From: a virus | DNA length: 64,000 bases | Reading direction: 5' to 3' (one strand) | Virus record (IMG/VR): IMGVR_UViG_3300035696_000041 | Shown: in pieces, positions 54,279 through 62,591 of the stretch | Position numbering within the stretch: the first letter of the stretch is position 1 | Layout of the letters: each line of letters starts with the position of its first letter | Program-made: the position numbers and the translations under genes | Notes under the pieces: generated by a model | Seen by the model: the letters and a program-made list of their open reading frames with translations, nothing else | Told to the model about the DNA's origin: nothing | Database searches by the model: none

Positions 54279-55598
54279 TTTATCTCTGTGGGAGCAGAAA
54301 ACCCACGCACCTTTAGGTCGTGGGATGAATGCGACCCATTGAAAATAGTTAATCGTTTTCTCAAAGTGAATGATATGTATCTTGTAGAATGTATAACGTT
54401 GCTTACAAATACAGAATATATCCGACCAAGGAACAAGAAGTCCTTTTGTCTAAACATTTCGGACATTGCCGATGGATATACAATCATTTTCTTGAAGTAA
54501 AGATTAAGCATTACAAAGAAACCAAGAAAACATTGAACTGGCAGGATATGGCAACTGAACTACCAAAATTGAAAGAAGAATATGAATGGTTGAGTGAGAT
54601 TGGAAGTCAATCTCTCCAACAATCTATTCTCAACTTGGATAGAGCATACACTTCCTTTTTCCGTTCCAATGCTGGATTTCCCAAATTTAAGTCAAAGAAG
54701 TATGCTCGTAAGTCGTTCATTGTTCCAATGACAAATAACAACATTAAACTGAACTATGAGACAAAACGATTAGTCATACCGAAGTTTCGTAAAGGAATAA
54801 AGTGTGTATTTGACCGACCGGCAGATGGAATCTTGAAGCAAGCAATTGTATCACAAGATAGAGACGGAAGATATTATGCTTCCGTTCTCGTAGAAGTTGA
54901 AAAAGAACTTCCAAAGAAACCAAACCCAAAGAAAGATAAAGCAATCGGCATAGATTTTGGAGTTAAGACATTTTTGACATTGAATGATGGAACAAAGATA
55001 AAAAGTCCTAAATACCTTAAACAATCTGAACAGAAACTTACCAAACACCAACAGGATTTAGAAACTCTCACCAAAGGTTCCACTGCTCATATCTCCAAAC
55101 AAGAACAGATTACCAAACTTCATAGTAAAATAGCAAGACAACGAAAAGATTTCTTGGATAAACTCTCATACAGATTAACGAACGATAACCAAGTTCAATC
55201 CATCTGTATTGAGGATTTAACCATTCGGGGAATGCAGAAAGACAACTATTCACCAACTAATAAACTCATAGGAGATTATGCTTGGGGGAAGTTTGTAAAT
55301 ATGCTCCAATATAAAAGCGACTGGTATGGTAAAAACTTCCTAAAAATAGGTAGGTTTGAACCATCCAGTAAGACGTGTTCTCATTGTGGATATGTAAATC
55401 ATTCTCTCACATTAAATGATAGAGAATGGACTTGTCCAGATTGTAATGAAAAACACGATAGAGATGTGAATGCTGCCAAGAATATCTTGGATTTCTCATT
55501 TCCAAAGACAACGTTTAATACGGGTAGGAACTACCCGATAGAAACTCATAACTATTGCGGTGGAAACCCACCTGCTTTAGCGGGTGGGTAGTTCATAG
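54279..55598 (+). mobile_element. IS200/IS605-family TnpB-only insertion element, copy 2 (1320 bp)
   Basis: Left end tttatctctgtgggagcagaaaaccca and right end cccacctgctttagcgggtgggtagttcata both align with copy 1. Opposite orientation. Confidence 0.75.
54389..55591 (+). CDS. tnpB: TnpB RNA-guided endonuclease (OrfB)
   Basis: 400 aa, full RuvC-I/II/III and zinc finger (CSHCGY...CPDCNEKHDRDVNAAKNI). Collinear with copy 1. Confidence 0.85.
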   Translation: MYNVAYKYRIYPTKEQEVLLSKHFGHCRWIYNHFLEVKIKHYKETKKTLNWQDMATELPKLKEEYEWLSEIGSQSLQQSILNLDRAYTSFFRSNAGFPKFKSKKYARKSFIVPMTNNNIKLNYETKRLVIPKFRKGIKCVFDRPADGILKQAIVSQDRDGRYYASVLVEVEKELPKKPNPKKDKAIGIDFGVKTFLTLNDGTKIKSPKYLKQSEQKLTKHQQDLETLTKGSTAHISKQEQITKLHSKIARQRKDFLDKLSYRLTNDNQVQSICIEDLTIRGMQKDNYSPTNKLIGDYAWGKFVNMLQYKSDWYGKNFLKIGRFEPSSKTCSHCGYVNHSLTLNDREWTCPDCNEKHDRDVNAAKNILDFSFPKTTFNTGRNYPIETHNYCGGNPPALAGG

Positions 55599-55744
55599 AA
55601 GTAGGGCTTGAATCTTTCGCAAGCCTCATCCCGAGTGATGCCGAGGCGATTGTGGTCGAAGGGGTTTCCGAAAATAGAAGAACGGTCACAGACAACATCG
55701 GGCTTGTGGCACCGCATGTTGACTATGACCGTTTGCGATTCCAC
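55577..55744 (-). pseudogene. DUF4326-like protein, 3'-truncated by the IS right end
   Basis: IVNMRCHKPDVVCDRSSIFGNPF...ACERFKPYF matches the DUF4326 core (dvyIgR...GNPF). The last six codons (YELPTR-stop) are IS-derived. Start position uncertain. Confidence 0.3.
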
Positions 55745-55752
55745 AGGGCTGT

Positions 55753-55947
55753 TTAGCGGGAGCCAACCGGAAGAACCATCATCTTGGACTTCAACACGTA
55801 GTTTCTCAGCGTGGCGAGGTCTTGCCGCAAAGGGCGACGGTTCATGGTGTAACGGGTGAACGTGAAGCCACCGTAGGGGCTGGTCGTCCAACGTCCGTTT
55901 GAGCGGTAGAAGATGCCGTACCTCACGGCTTGTTTCTTGTTTGGCAT
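55753..55947 (-). CDS. hypothetical protein
   Basis: 64-aa ORF. Alternative frame to the long ORF 55577..56020. Confidence 0.25.
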   Translation of the reverse strand: MPNKKQAVRYGIFYRSNGRWTTSPYGGFTFTRYTMNRRPLRQDLATLRNYVLKSKMMVLPVGSR

Positions 55948-56085
55948 AACTTGTTTGTTCTTTTCGTTTTACATACACAACTCCACAGGGGAGTATCTTA
56001 CGCAGCTTATAATTTACCACAGATGCCCTTGGGTGTCAATAACAAAAAAGCCCCGCCGAAGCGGGGCTGTGCAAAACGGGTCTTG

Positions 56086-57621
56086 TTAGACCTGAACACG
56101 CTCATAGCGAGGCGTGTTAACCGTCTCATACACGATGCTGAGAGGGTCGAAGGTGATTGCGGACATCAAGGACTTCAAGATGCTAGGAGAGCATCCCGAG
56201 ACCATGCACGTTCCCGTGTCGTCGGAACGAATCGGGAAGTTTTCGTTACGGGCCGCAACGTTCCACCAAACCACACGAGGCAGTTGGTAGCCAGCGGCTT
56301 CGTACTTGTCCTTCATGACTTGGAAGTTCGTCTTGTCGTTGCGGTACGACGCTGAGTCGAACTCCATGTCCGAGATTACATACAGAACTTGCGGCATGTC
56401 GCTCTGAGCGACCTTGTTCTGGCGAGCCGTGTTCAGAATCATGTCGAACGCACTCTGGAGGTTGGTGGTGCCACCCCAGTTGTTCTTGTCCATGTTCTGG
56501 TACTTCTCGTACAGGTTCTGGCCCTTCAAACGCTGGAACGTTGGGGACTCGGAGAAGTTCATCCACAAGTCCTTGAAAGGGCCGACGTTACGCTCTGCGA
56601 AGTAAATCGCAAGCGACACGGCGACAAAGATGTTCGGAACACCCGAGAACATTGAGCCAGAGCAGTCAGCGATGACGATACCCTTGTGCTCGTTCTTGCC
56701 CATCCAGTTAGGCATGGACTTCCACTGCAAGTCGGCTTGCAGAATTTCTTGCGGCGAAGGGGTTGCCCCACCGTACGGAGTCTTCACGAGTGAACGGAAG
56801 ATTTCGTATGGATATACCACCGTGGCGTTCATCTTGGCTTCGCCCTTCTTGACAGACTCCAGGTAAGCCGCATAGCGGGTTTGGTCGTGCTTGCCGAACG
56901 CCTTGCGGTAGTTCAGCGATGCCTTGGAAGGCACACGCTCAAAGTCAATGTGCGACCAGTCGCCCGAGCACATCTTGACTTCAAGCACATCAATGTGCTT
57001 ACGCAGTGCGGACAGAATCTTGCGGTAACGCTTTGGCGTCAATTCCAGAGCCTCACGAGTCTTGCGAGCAAGACGCACGGACTCCTTGGACGAAGTGTTC
57101 TCGGACTTGAGCCACTTGGCCAAGAGCGAGACGGACTCACCCGCCTTCATGTTCTTGATGTCGGCCTTCAACTGCTTGGCGAAGAGGGCGAACACTTCGG
57201 CCTCAAGTGGGGTTCCCACGAGGGCGTACAGGTCGTCCCAACGGCCATAGAAGGCTACGTTTTCGAGGTTCTTGCGGGCAACATCTGTGTAGTGCTGGCC
57301 GAGCCAGTTGAAAATGTTGCGGAAAGTCTGACGCTCTCCCTGACCTTCACGCACGTCACGGAAGTAGAAGAGAATCTTGGTTGCCAACAGACGGTCCTCG
57401 GCAAAGGCACGAGAGAACAGGTTGACAGTATCTTGCGGAGCACGCTGACGGAGGGCACCGCCCTGGCCGAACCAGTCGAGGACTGAGGACAGGGTGCTCT
57501 TGTTGGTGATTGCCCCCTTCTCGGTGTACGCAACGTTGGACACGTTGGTCATGGCCGTAACGAAAGCGTTAGGCTGAGGGACAAACTGGGTACGGTTGGT
57601 CTTGCGAGTCACGTTCTTCAT
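56086..57621 (-). CDS. vWA-domain protein, Ro60/TROVE-like (DUF2828-like)
   Basis: 511 aa. C-terminal IVIADCSGSM MIDAS motif. N-terminal helical region of Ro60-like length and architecture. Confidence 0.45.
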   Translation of the reverse strand: MKNVTRKTNRTQFVPQPNAFVTAMTNVSNVAYTEKGAITNKSTLSSVLDWFGQGGALRQRAPQDTVNLFSRAFAEDRLLATKILFYFRDVREGQGERQTFRNIFNWLGQHYTDVARKNLENVAFYGRWDDLYALVGTPLEAEVFALFAKQLKADIKNMKAGESVSLLAKWLKSENTSSKESVRLARKTREALELTPKRYRKILSALRKHIDVLEVKMCSGDWSHIDFERVPSKASLNYRKAFGKHDQTRYAAYLESVKKGEAKMNATVVYPYEIFRSLVKTPYGGATPSPQEILQADLQWKSMPNWMGKNEHKGIVIADCSGSMFSGVPNIFVAVSLAIYFAERNVGPFKDLWMNFSESPTFQRLKGQNLYEKYQNMDKNNWGGTTNLQSAFDMILNTARQNKVAQSDMPQVLYVISDMEFDSASYRNDKTNFQVMKDKYEAAGYQLPRVVWWNVAARNENFPIRSDDTGTCMVSGCSPSILKSLMSAITFDPLSIVYETVNTPRYERVQV

Positions 57622-58878
57622 ATGAACTTCCTTTCTTTTTGTTGTCGGGTTATAGTGCTAGATTCCTACGTGCATTCGTATGCTTTTCGAATCTATCAAC
57701 AAATTGAGCTAGATGCATGTCTTTTTACAGTTGGACTTCTGGGTCTTTTTTAACGACGGAACCAACGTCTGCCTTATTGGTTTTGTTGCAGTTACGCATC
57801 TAAATTGCTTAGTAGGTTGCGTGTTGCTTGTCGGAATCTTTACGGGGTGTAGTCCCCAACCGAAAGGTCAATTCTCACGCTGCTTATTAGCCTACCAAAA
57901 TTGAGCTAGGTCCAGACGTTTACTGTACATCCTCAGAGCACTTTAGTATTTCTCCGAACTGAATCGGTGGATTTGTGCCAGCATATCCGTTCTTTTTTCA
58001 TGGTTAGATGAATTTGTTTTTGTTGCTGTACGGACCTAAATTGAGCAGTCAGCTTATCGGGCAATTATCCCGCTTTCACCACATGCATGTGGTGCGTGTT
58101 AGTTACACTATCACTGACTGTGGCGAGCCGCCGACTCCATCCGCTAGGATGAACAAGCTGCGAACCCATCGAGGGGGTGCATCTAAGATGCCATCGCCGA
58201 AATCGTATGTCAAAAGAACAAGTGGGCGGTATCCGATATAACCGAGTCTCATTGCTTACAGATTAGGCGGCGGGGCACCGAAAACTCCCCTGACGACGAG
58301 ATGTCAGCTTTACTGTTAGCTCAGTAGCGTGTTAACGAGTGCTCGTCTCGGGTGCTAACAAATTCCTAACAGTCACCACTCTGGAGCCGTTCTCCGTAGC
58401 TCACACGGTAGCCTTCTCTAACGGGGGCTAGTCGTTTTGCCACAGTATTTCAAATGGTTATACGTGGCCGTTTCTCGTTTTGCTTTAATTTGTTTGTCTT
58501 GCTGTTACGACATCTCAAATCCCCAACGGGCAGATACCCGAAGGGAAAGCTTACGATACTTCAAAGAGCAATCTGACAACTGAAAACATAGGGGAAGTCT
58601 CGGCCAGCACTTAATCCCCGACTTGGCGGCGTCTGTGTAATGTCGGGCTAGATTCCCATTCACAACTTCCCTAATGGGACTATGTTTTCAATTGTCAAAA
58701 GAACAACGAGATGGGATTTTGCTGTAAAAGCGTATGCTGTTACCATCTCAAATTTCAAATTGTGCGACTACTTTACCACACCCGAGCAACCTTGTCAACA
58801 ACTTTGTTCACTTTTTTCGGCTGCATTCCGATGGGTTTTTCATCGTGGGCACAACAATACCATAGGCGATGAAACTTG
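57622..58878. other. ORF-poor region with repeated AAATTGAGC(T)AG motifs; candidate ncRNA locus
   Basis: No ORF above 106 aa on either strand. Motif copies at about 57702, 57899 and 58039. Adjacent to the Ro60-like gene. Confidence 0.3.
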
Positions 58879-59277
58879 TCAAGAGGGATTTTTATTCTCC
58901 CAATGTGTAACTACTTTCTTACACATTTCGACAAATTCTTCGACGGGTTTATCTTTCTTCATCAGATTTATCCATCGGGTACAAAATACCACATTTCCAT
59001 GAACATACCCCAACTTACTGTTTACCCTATCCAATGATACGGTGTTTTCCTTTCCCGATTCCATTGTCAGGGGTGTGCCCGTATAAGCACAAACAAGGGG
59101 TAGCTTCCGAACGTCATCCGTCGTTAGAGAAAATTCTAAATGTCGTTCTTTGGCATGAGACCTCCACGCACTCATTCTATAATGAAAGGTCGAACGCTTT
59201 TTCTTCATATAGTCAGGATTAGCTTTACGCCACTCCCGACAACGTTCCTTATCATCAGCGTACTTTTTTGCTGGCAT
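58879..59277 (-). CDS. HNH homing endonuclease-like protein
   Basis: SLDRVNSKLGYVHGNVVFCTRWINLMK His-Me finger motif. SD AGGAG 5 nt upstream of the ATG. Confidence 0.5.
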   Translation of the reverse strand: MPAKKYADDKERCREWRKANPDYMKKKRSTFHYRMSAWRSHAKERHLEFSLTTDDVRKLPLVCAYTGTPLTMESGKENTVSLDRVNSKLGYVHGNVVFCTRWINLMKKDKPVEEFVEMCKKVVTHWENKNPS

Positions 59278-59346
59278 ATCTCCTAACCTTGAAAAACATC
59301 CCGCAGTGTCATTTTACGAGATGACAACTTGGTTAGGAGTTTTTTG
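59278..59346 (+). terminator. stem-loop followed by T-run (plus-strand orientation)
   Basis: tctcctaacc...ggttaggag with inner hairpin gtcat-tttacgag-atgac, followed by ttttttg. Confidence 0.3.
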
Positions 59347-59450
59347 CTGCAGGATAAAATCAGATTACATCTCTCCTAACCGAACATAAATAATTTCTCA
59401 TATATGAAAAACGAAAAAATCTTCAACTTTTTCAACAGGAATATAATAAA

Positions 59451-60311
59451 TTGCCTAATATCCCATCATCTGTCATACTCGGTGCGATGATTACTCTTCT
59501 CCATGCGGACGTATTGAAGGCCGATTTTTCCAGCTTTCCACCAATCAATCTGGTCGTGACATCCCCACCGTACAACGTGGGCATCGAGTACGATACCCAC
59601 AAGGACACGATGACGTACCCAGAGTACTTGAAGTGGTGCCATCAGTGGATTAAGAGGCTCTACCTCAAGATGCCCGACGATGGGAGATTGTGTATCAATA
59701 TTCCCTTTTCCGTAACCCCCGAGCATATCAACACCAAGAAAGGTGCGGAGGACATTAACTATCCCGTCGTTGCCGACTACACCCGCATTTGCGAGACGAT
59801 GGGATTCAAGTACTGGCGAACGCTCGTGTGGGACAAGAACCATTCCAACAAGACGTGTTGGGGTTCGTGGCGGTCAGCTTCGGCTCCCTTCATGCGTGAC
59901 CCCTCGGAAGCCATCATCATCTTCTACAAGAAGCAATGGAAACGATTGACCAAGGGTACTTCCACAATCAGCGGCCCCGAGTTTATGTCGTGGACCAAGA
60001 ACGTGTGGAAGATGCATCCCGAAACGAAATCGGAGCATCCCGCAGCTTTCCCGATTGAACTTCCGAATAGGTGTATCAAACTGTTCTCTTACCAAGAAGA
60101 CCTTGTGCTTGACCCATTCATGGGGTCGGGTACTACAGGGGAATCAGCCGTAAGACTGGAACGAAGTTTTGTGGGAGTCGAGAAAAGTGATGCTTATTTC
60201 GGCGGGGCCAAAGAGAGGGTCGAGGAAGCAGAGTTGCAAACCGCTCTCGCTAAACAAATTATGCCTCGGGCACCCGTTGACCCGAAGGAGGATGCTGCCG
60301 AGGCATTCTGA
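59451..60311 (+). CDS. DNA methyltransferase, beta class (N4-cytosine or N6-adenine)
   Basis: Motif IV VVTSPPYNVG precedes motif I LDPFMGSGTTG. Confidence 0.7.
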   Translation: MPNIPSSVILGAMITLLHADVLKADFSSFPPINLVVTSPPYNVGIEYDTHKDTMTYPEYLKWCHQWIKRLYLKMPDDGRLCINIPFSVTPEHINTKKGAEDINYPVVADYTRICETMGFKYWRTLVWDKNHSNKTCWGSWRSASAPFMRDPSEAIIIFYKKQWKRLTKGTSTISGPEFMSWTKNVWKMHPETKSEHPAAFPIELPNRCIKLFSYQEDLVLDPFMGSGTTGESAVRLERSFVGVEKSDAYFGGAKERVEEAELQTALAKQIMPRAPVDPKEDAAEAF

Positions 60312-60360
60312 TTTCGTTTGCGTATCGTAGCGTTGGACGATACGCTGTGCAAACGCTTTC

Positions 60361-61392
60361 TTACAGTCTGAGAAGGTCTTCCCAAACCTCGCTGGCCTCT
60401 TCATTCCATTCAGCCAGCCCGTGTTTGTTTACCTTTTGATGGTTGTGCTTGCGACCGCTCCACGCACTTTCAAGATGCTTAACGATGTCGTTGAAATCCG
60501 TTGGATTGGCTTGATAGTCTTTATCCAGCCACCCAATCTCGGGAGACCCAACGATAGGAATGTTTACATACACAAAGTCGGCTGAGACAATGTTGAATGT
60601 TTCGGAGAAGGATACTTGCATACCCAAGTCCATCGTAGCCACAAGCTTGAGGAAGTCATCGTGCTCCACCCAAGGATGAGTCACGAGTTGATGTTTTGAA
60701 TTCTCGAAAAGAGCCTTCAAATTTCGATATACACTTTCACCGTGGGTCTCGACCCGAGTGAAATTGATATGGAACCTCAGTATCTTGTTATGATTATCGG
60801 CAAACGAAATTGCCGCCATCGCTTGAATGAGTTGGTCTTTCAGAGGGCGAATCGCACCGAAGCACCCGATGTCAACGAAGGGGCTGCTGTCAGCCTTGAC
60901 AATGGGTTCGGGTGCCGCAGTTGTGGGCTGATAAATGTTGGGGGCATATACTGGGTTAACCCAGAACGTGCCATACAAGTCATTTTCCATTCTCTCGGAA
61001 TTGCACGAGAGGAAAAAGTTGCGGTACTTCAGTTGAAGTGCCATATACTTACGTATCCATTCAATGGCAATGCCTTCATTGGCGATAAAGGGTACATTGC
61101 TGTGCAGACGTACATACCACTTTCTCTGCTTGTGTAAGGGGATAAGTTCGTCGAACTTCGACGGCACAACCCATAGAGCTTCAATGAAGACGTGGGTTGG
61201 ATTATAGGCAGTCACGGCTGCGTCAATGGCGTTATTGTCTTGGACTTCCACGGTTTTTGCTTCAACGCCCATGCGATTCAATGCATTGCAGAGGAAACGG
61301 CATGAGTTGAGAAGCCCGTAGGATTCGCCATAGCAGGCGGGCCTCTGCTTGCAAACGAATAGGACTCGTTTCTTGTTAGTGTTATTGCTCAT
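60361..61392 (-). CDS. putative glycosyltransferase (GT-B-like; possibly DNA glycosyltransferase)
   Basis: N-terminal KRVLFVCKQRP...GVEAKTVEV Rossmann start and mid-protein FVDIGCFGAIRP loosely parallel T4 beta-glucosyltransferase. Weak. Confidence 0.3.
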   Translation of the reverse strand: MSNNTNKKRVLFVCKQRPACYGESYGLLNSCRFLCNALNRMGVEAKTVEVQDNNAIDAAVTAYNPTHVFIEALWVVPSKFDELIPLHKQRKWYVRLHSNVPFIANEGIAIEWIRKYMALQLKYRNFFLSCNSERMENDLYGTFWVNPVYAPNIYQPTTAAPEPIVKADSSPFVDIGCFGAIRPLKDQLIQAMAAISFADNHNKILRFHINFTRVETHGESVYRNLKALFENSKHQLVTHPWVEHDDFLKLVATMDLGMQVSFSETFNIVSADFVYVNIPIVGSPEIGWLDKDYQANPTDFNDIVKHLESAWSGRKHNHQKVNKHGLAEWNEEASEVWEDLLRL

Positions 61393-61466
61393 ACACCCAT
61401 AAATATGAGTCTTTATTGCCAAAGAAATGACAATCGGGTGAAAGAGAAAAAAACTTCGAAAAGATG

Positions 61467-61495
61467 TTGACAGCGTATTTTGACTGTGGTAATAT
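61467..61495 (+). promoter_or_regulatory. sigma70 consensus promoter TTGACA-17-GTGGTAATAT (plus strand)
   Basis: Marks the strand switch. Same extended -10 family as the minus-strand promoters. Confidence 0.5.
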
Positions 61496-61526
61496 GTGGC
61501 AAATTCGAACAACCAAAAGGAACAAC

Positions 61527-61973
61527 ATGAATCTCGCACAAGCACTCAAACAGAAAAACCGCCTCGCTGGAGAACTCGTCCGTCAGCAACAGATTTTGCA
61601 GCGTGAAAACGCCCGCCGCAACGACTCCGTGTCCGAAGTGGACCGTGAGGAAGTGTGGGAGAAGATTCTCTCCCTCTCCGATGAACTCGGGAAACTCAAG
61701 GGGAAAATCACCCAGGCCAACGTCAACATTTATCCCGCCCTCGAACGCATGGCCGAACTCAAGGCCCGCATTGCCTTCGTGCAAGGGTTGCAGAAGCGTG
61801 AAGGCGAGGAAATCATCCCGCTCCACGGCGACCGTGAGCCGCTGAAATACGAATGGGATTCCTATTTCAATCAGGAAAAGACCGACGCTCTTGTCGCCGA
61901 GTTGCAAGAGCAAATCAACGACCTTCAAGACGAAGTGGACGAGTACAACGCCACTACGCAAATCGAAGACTAA
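61527..61973 (+). CDS. hypothetical coiled-coil protein
   Basis: ORF 61464..61973 trimmed to ATG 61527, downstream of the promoter with AAAGGAA SD-like sequence. Confidence 0.45.
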   Translation: MNLAQALKQKNRLAGELVRQQQILQRENARRNDSVSEVDREEVWEKILSLSDELGKLKGKITQANVNIYPALERMAELKARIAFVQGLQKREGEEIIPLHGDREPLKYEWDSYFNQEKTDALVAELQEQINDLQDEVDEYNATTQIED

Positions 61974-62182
61974 TGCGGTTCGTCAAAGCCATACTTATTG
62001 GTGGAGGACGGCTGTTAGCATTCACATGCATTACTGCCGTCCTCATTCCTTACTACCTCGTTGTCATGTGCGTCAATGTAGCACTGGATGCCTCGGGGGA
62101 ACACGAAAGAGCCAATAAGTGGTTTGAATGTGGGTCCAAAGTCATGGACTTCACTGCCGCCAAGTGCGGTTTAGAATACTAA
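61973..62182 (+). CDS. small membrane protein
   Basis: ATG overlaps the preceding TAA (TAATG). ILIGGGRLLAFTCITAVLIPYYLVVMCVNVAL TM segment. Confidence 0.4.
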   Translation: MRFVKAILIGGGRLLAFTCITAVLIPYYLVVMCVNVALDASGEHERANKWFECGSKVMDFTAAKCGLEY

Positions 62183-62420
62183 TTTATGGAGCAGTTGCCG
62201 AGACGATGGTAGGTAACTGTGCGGTGCGACTGGTCCCCTCTGGGGATACTTGAATTACGAGAAAGAGAAAGATAAACGAGGTTAAATTTTCGACAATTTC
62301 CTCGGTTCAAACCTAAAGTCTCAAGTTCTCAAAAATCAAGAATCAAGCCGCAAGACTCAAAACTCTTCTGCACCAAATGGAAGCCGAGAGTAGTTGAGGC
62401 AACTGTCTCCACCTTCTTCA

Positions 62421-62588
62421 ATGAAAACCCGCCGCAGCCATAGCGAACGACCTTGCCGCCGCAAGCGTGCCCACAACTACGAGAATTGCTACTACTGCTG
62501 GCGTGCCCACCAAATGGACAAGCGATACGCTTGGATTCGCCCCGAGGAACGCCTTCTCGCCGATTACATCCTTCGCAAGATTGACTAA
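62421..62588 (+). CDS. hypothetical basic Cys-containing protein
   Basis: Part of ORF 62394..62588 from MKTRRS. Confidence 0.3.
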   Translation: MKTRRSHSERPCRRKRAHNYENCYYCWRAHQMDKRYAWIRPEERLLADYILRKID

Positions 62589-62591
62589 CTT

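Noticed and set aside
55577-56020. The full 147-aa minus ORF 55577..56020 as a single gene.
   Set aside because: Its N-terminal two thirds are Arg/Pro/Leu/His-rich with no protein-like pattern. An alternative frame (55753..55947) is more protein-like there. Only the C-terminal DUF4326-like segment is retained, and as a truncated gene.
57622-58878. tRNA genes in the ORF-free region, as expected for large phages.
   Set aside because: I looked for GTTC(G/A)A(A/T)TC T-loops with flanking 5-bp stems and D-arm GCTC...GAGC patterns on both strands, and found no convincing cloverleaf. This is left as a candidate ncRNA locus rather than a tRNA call.
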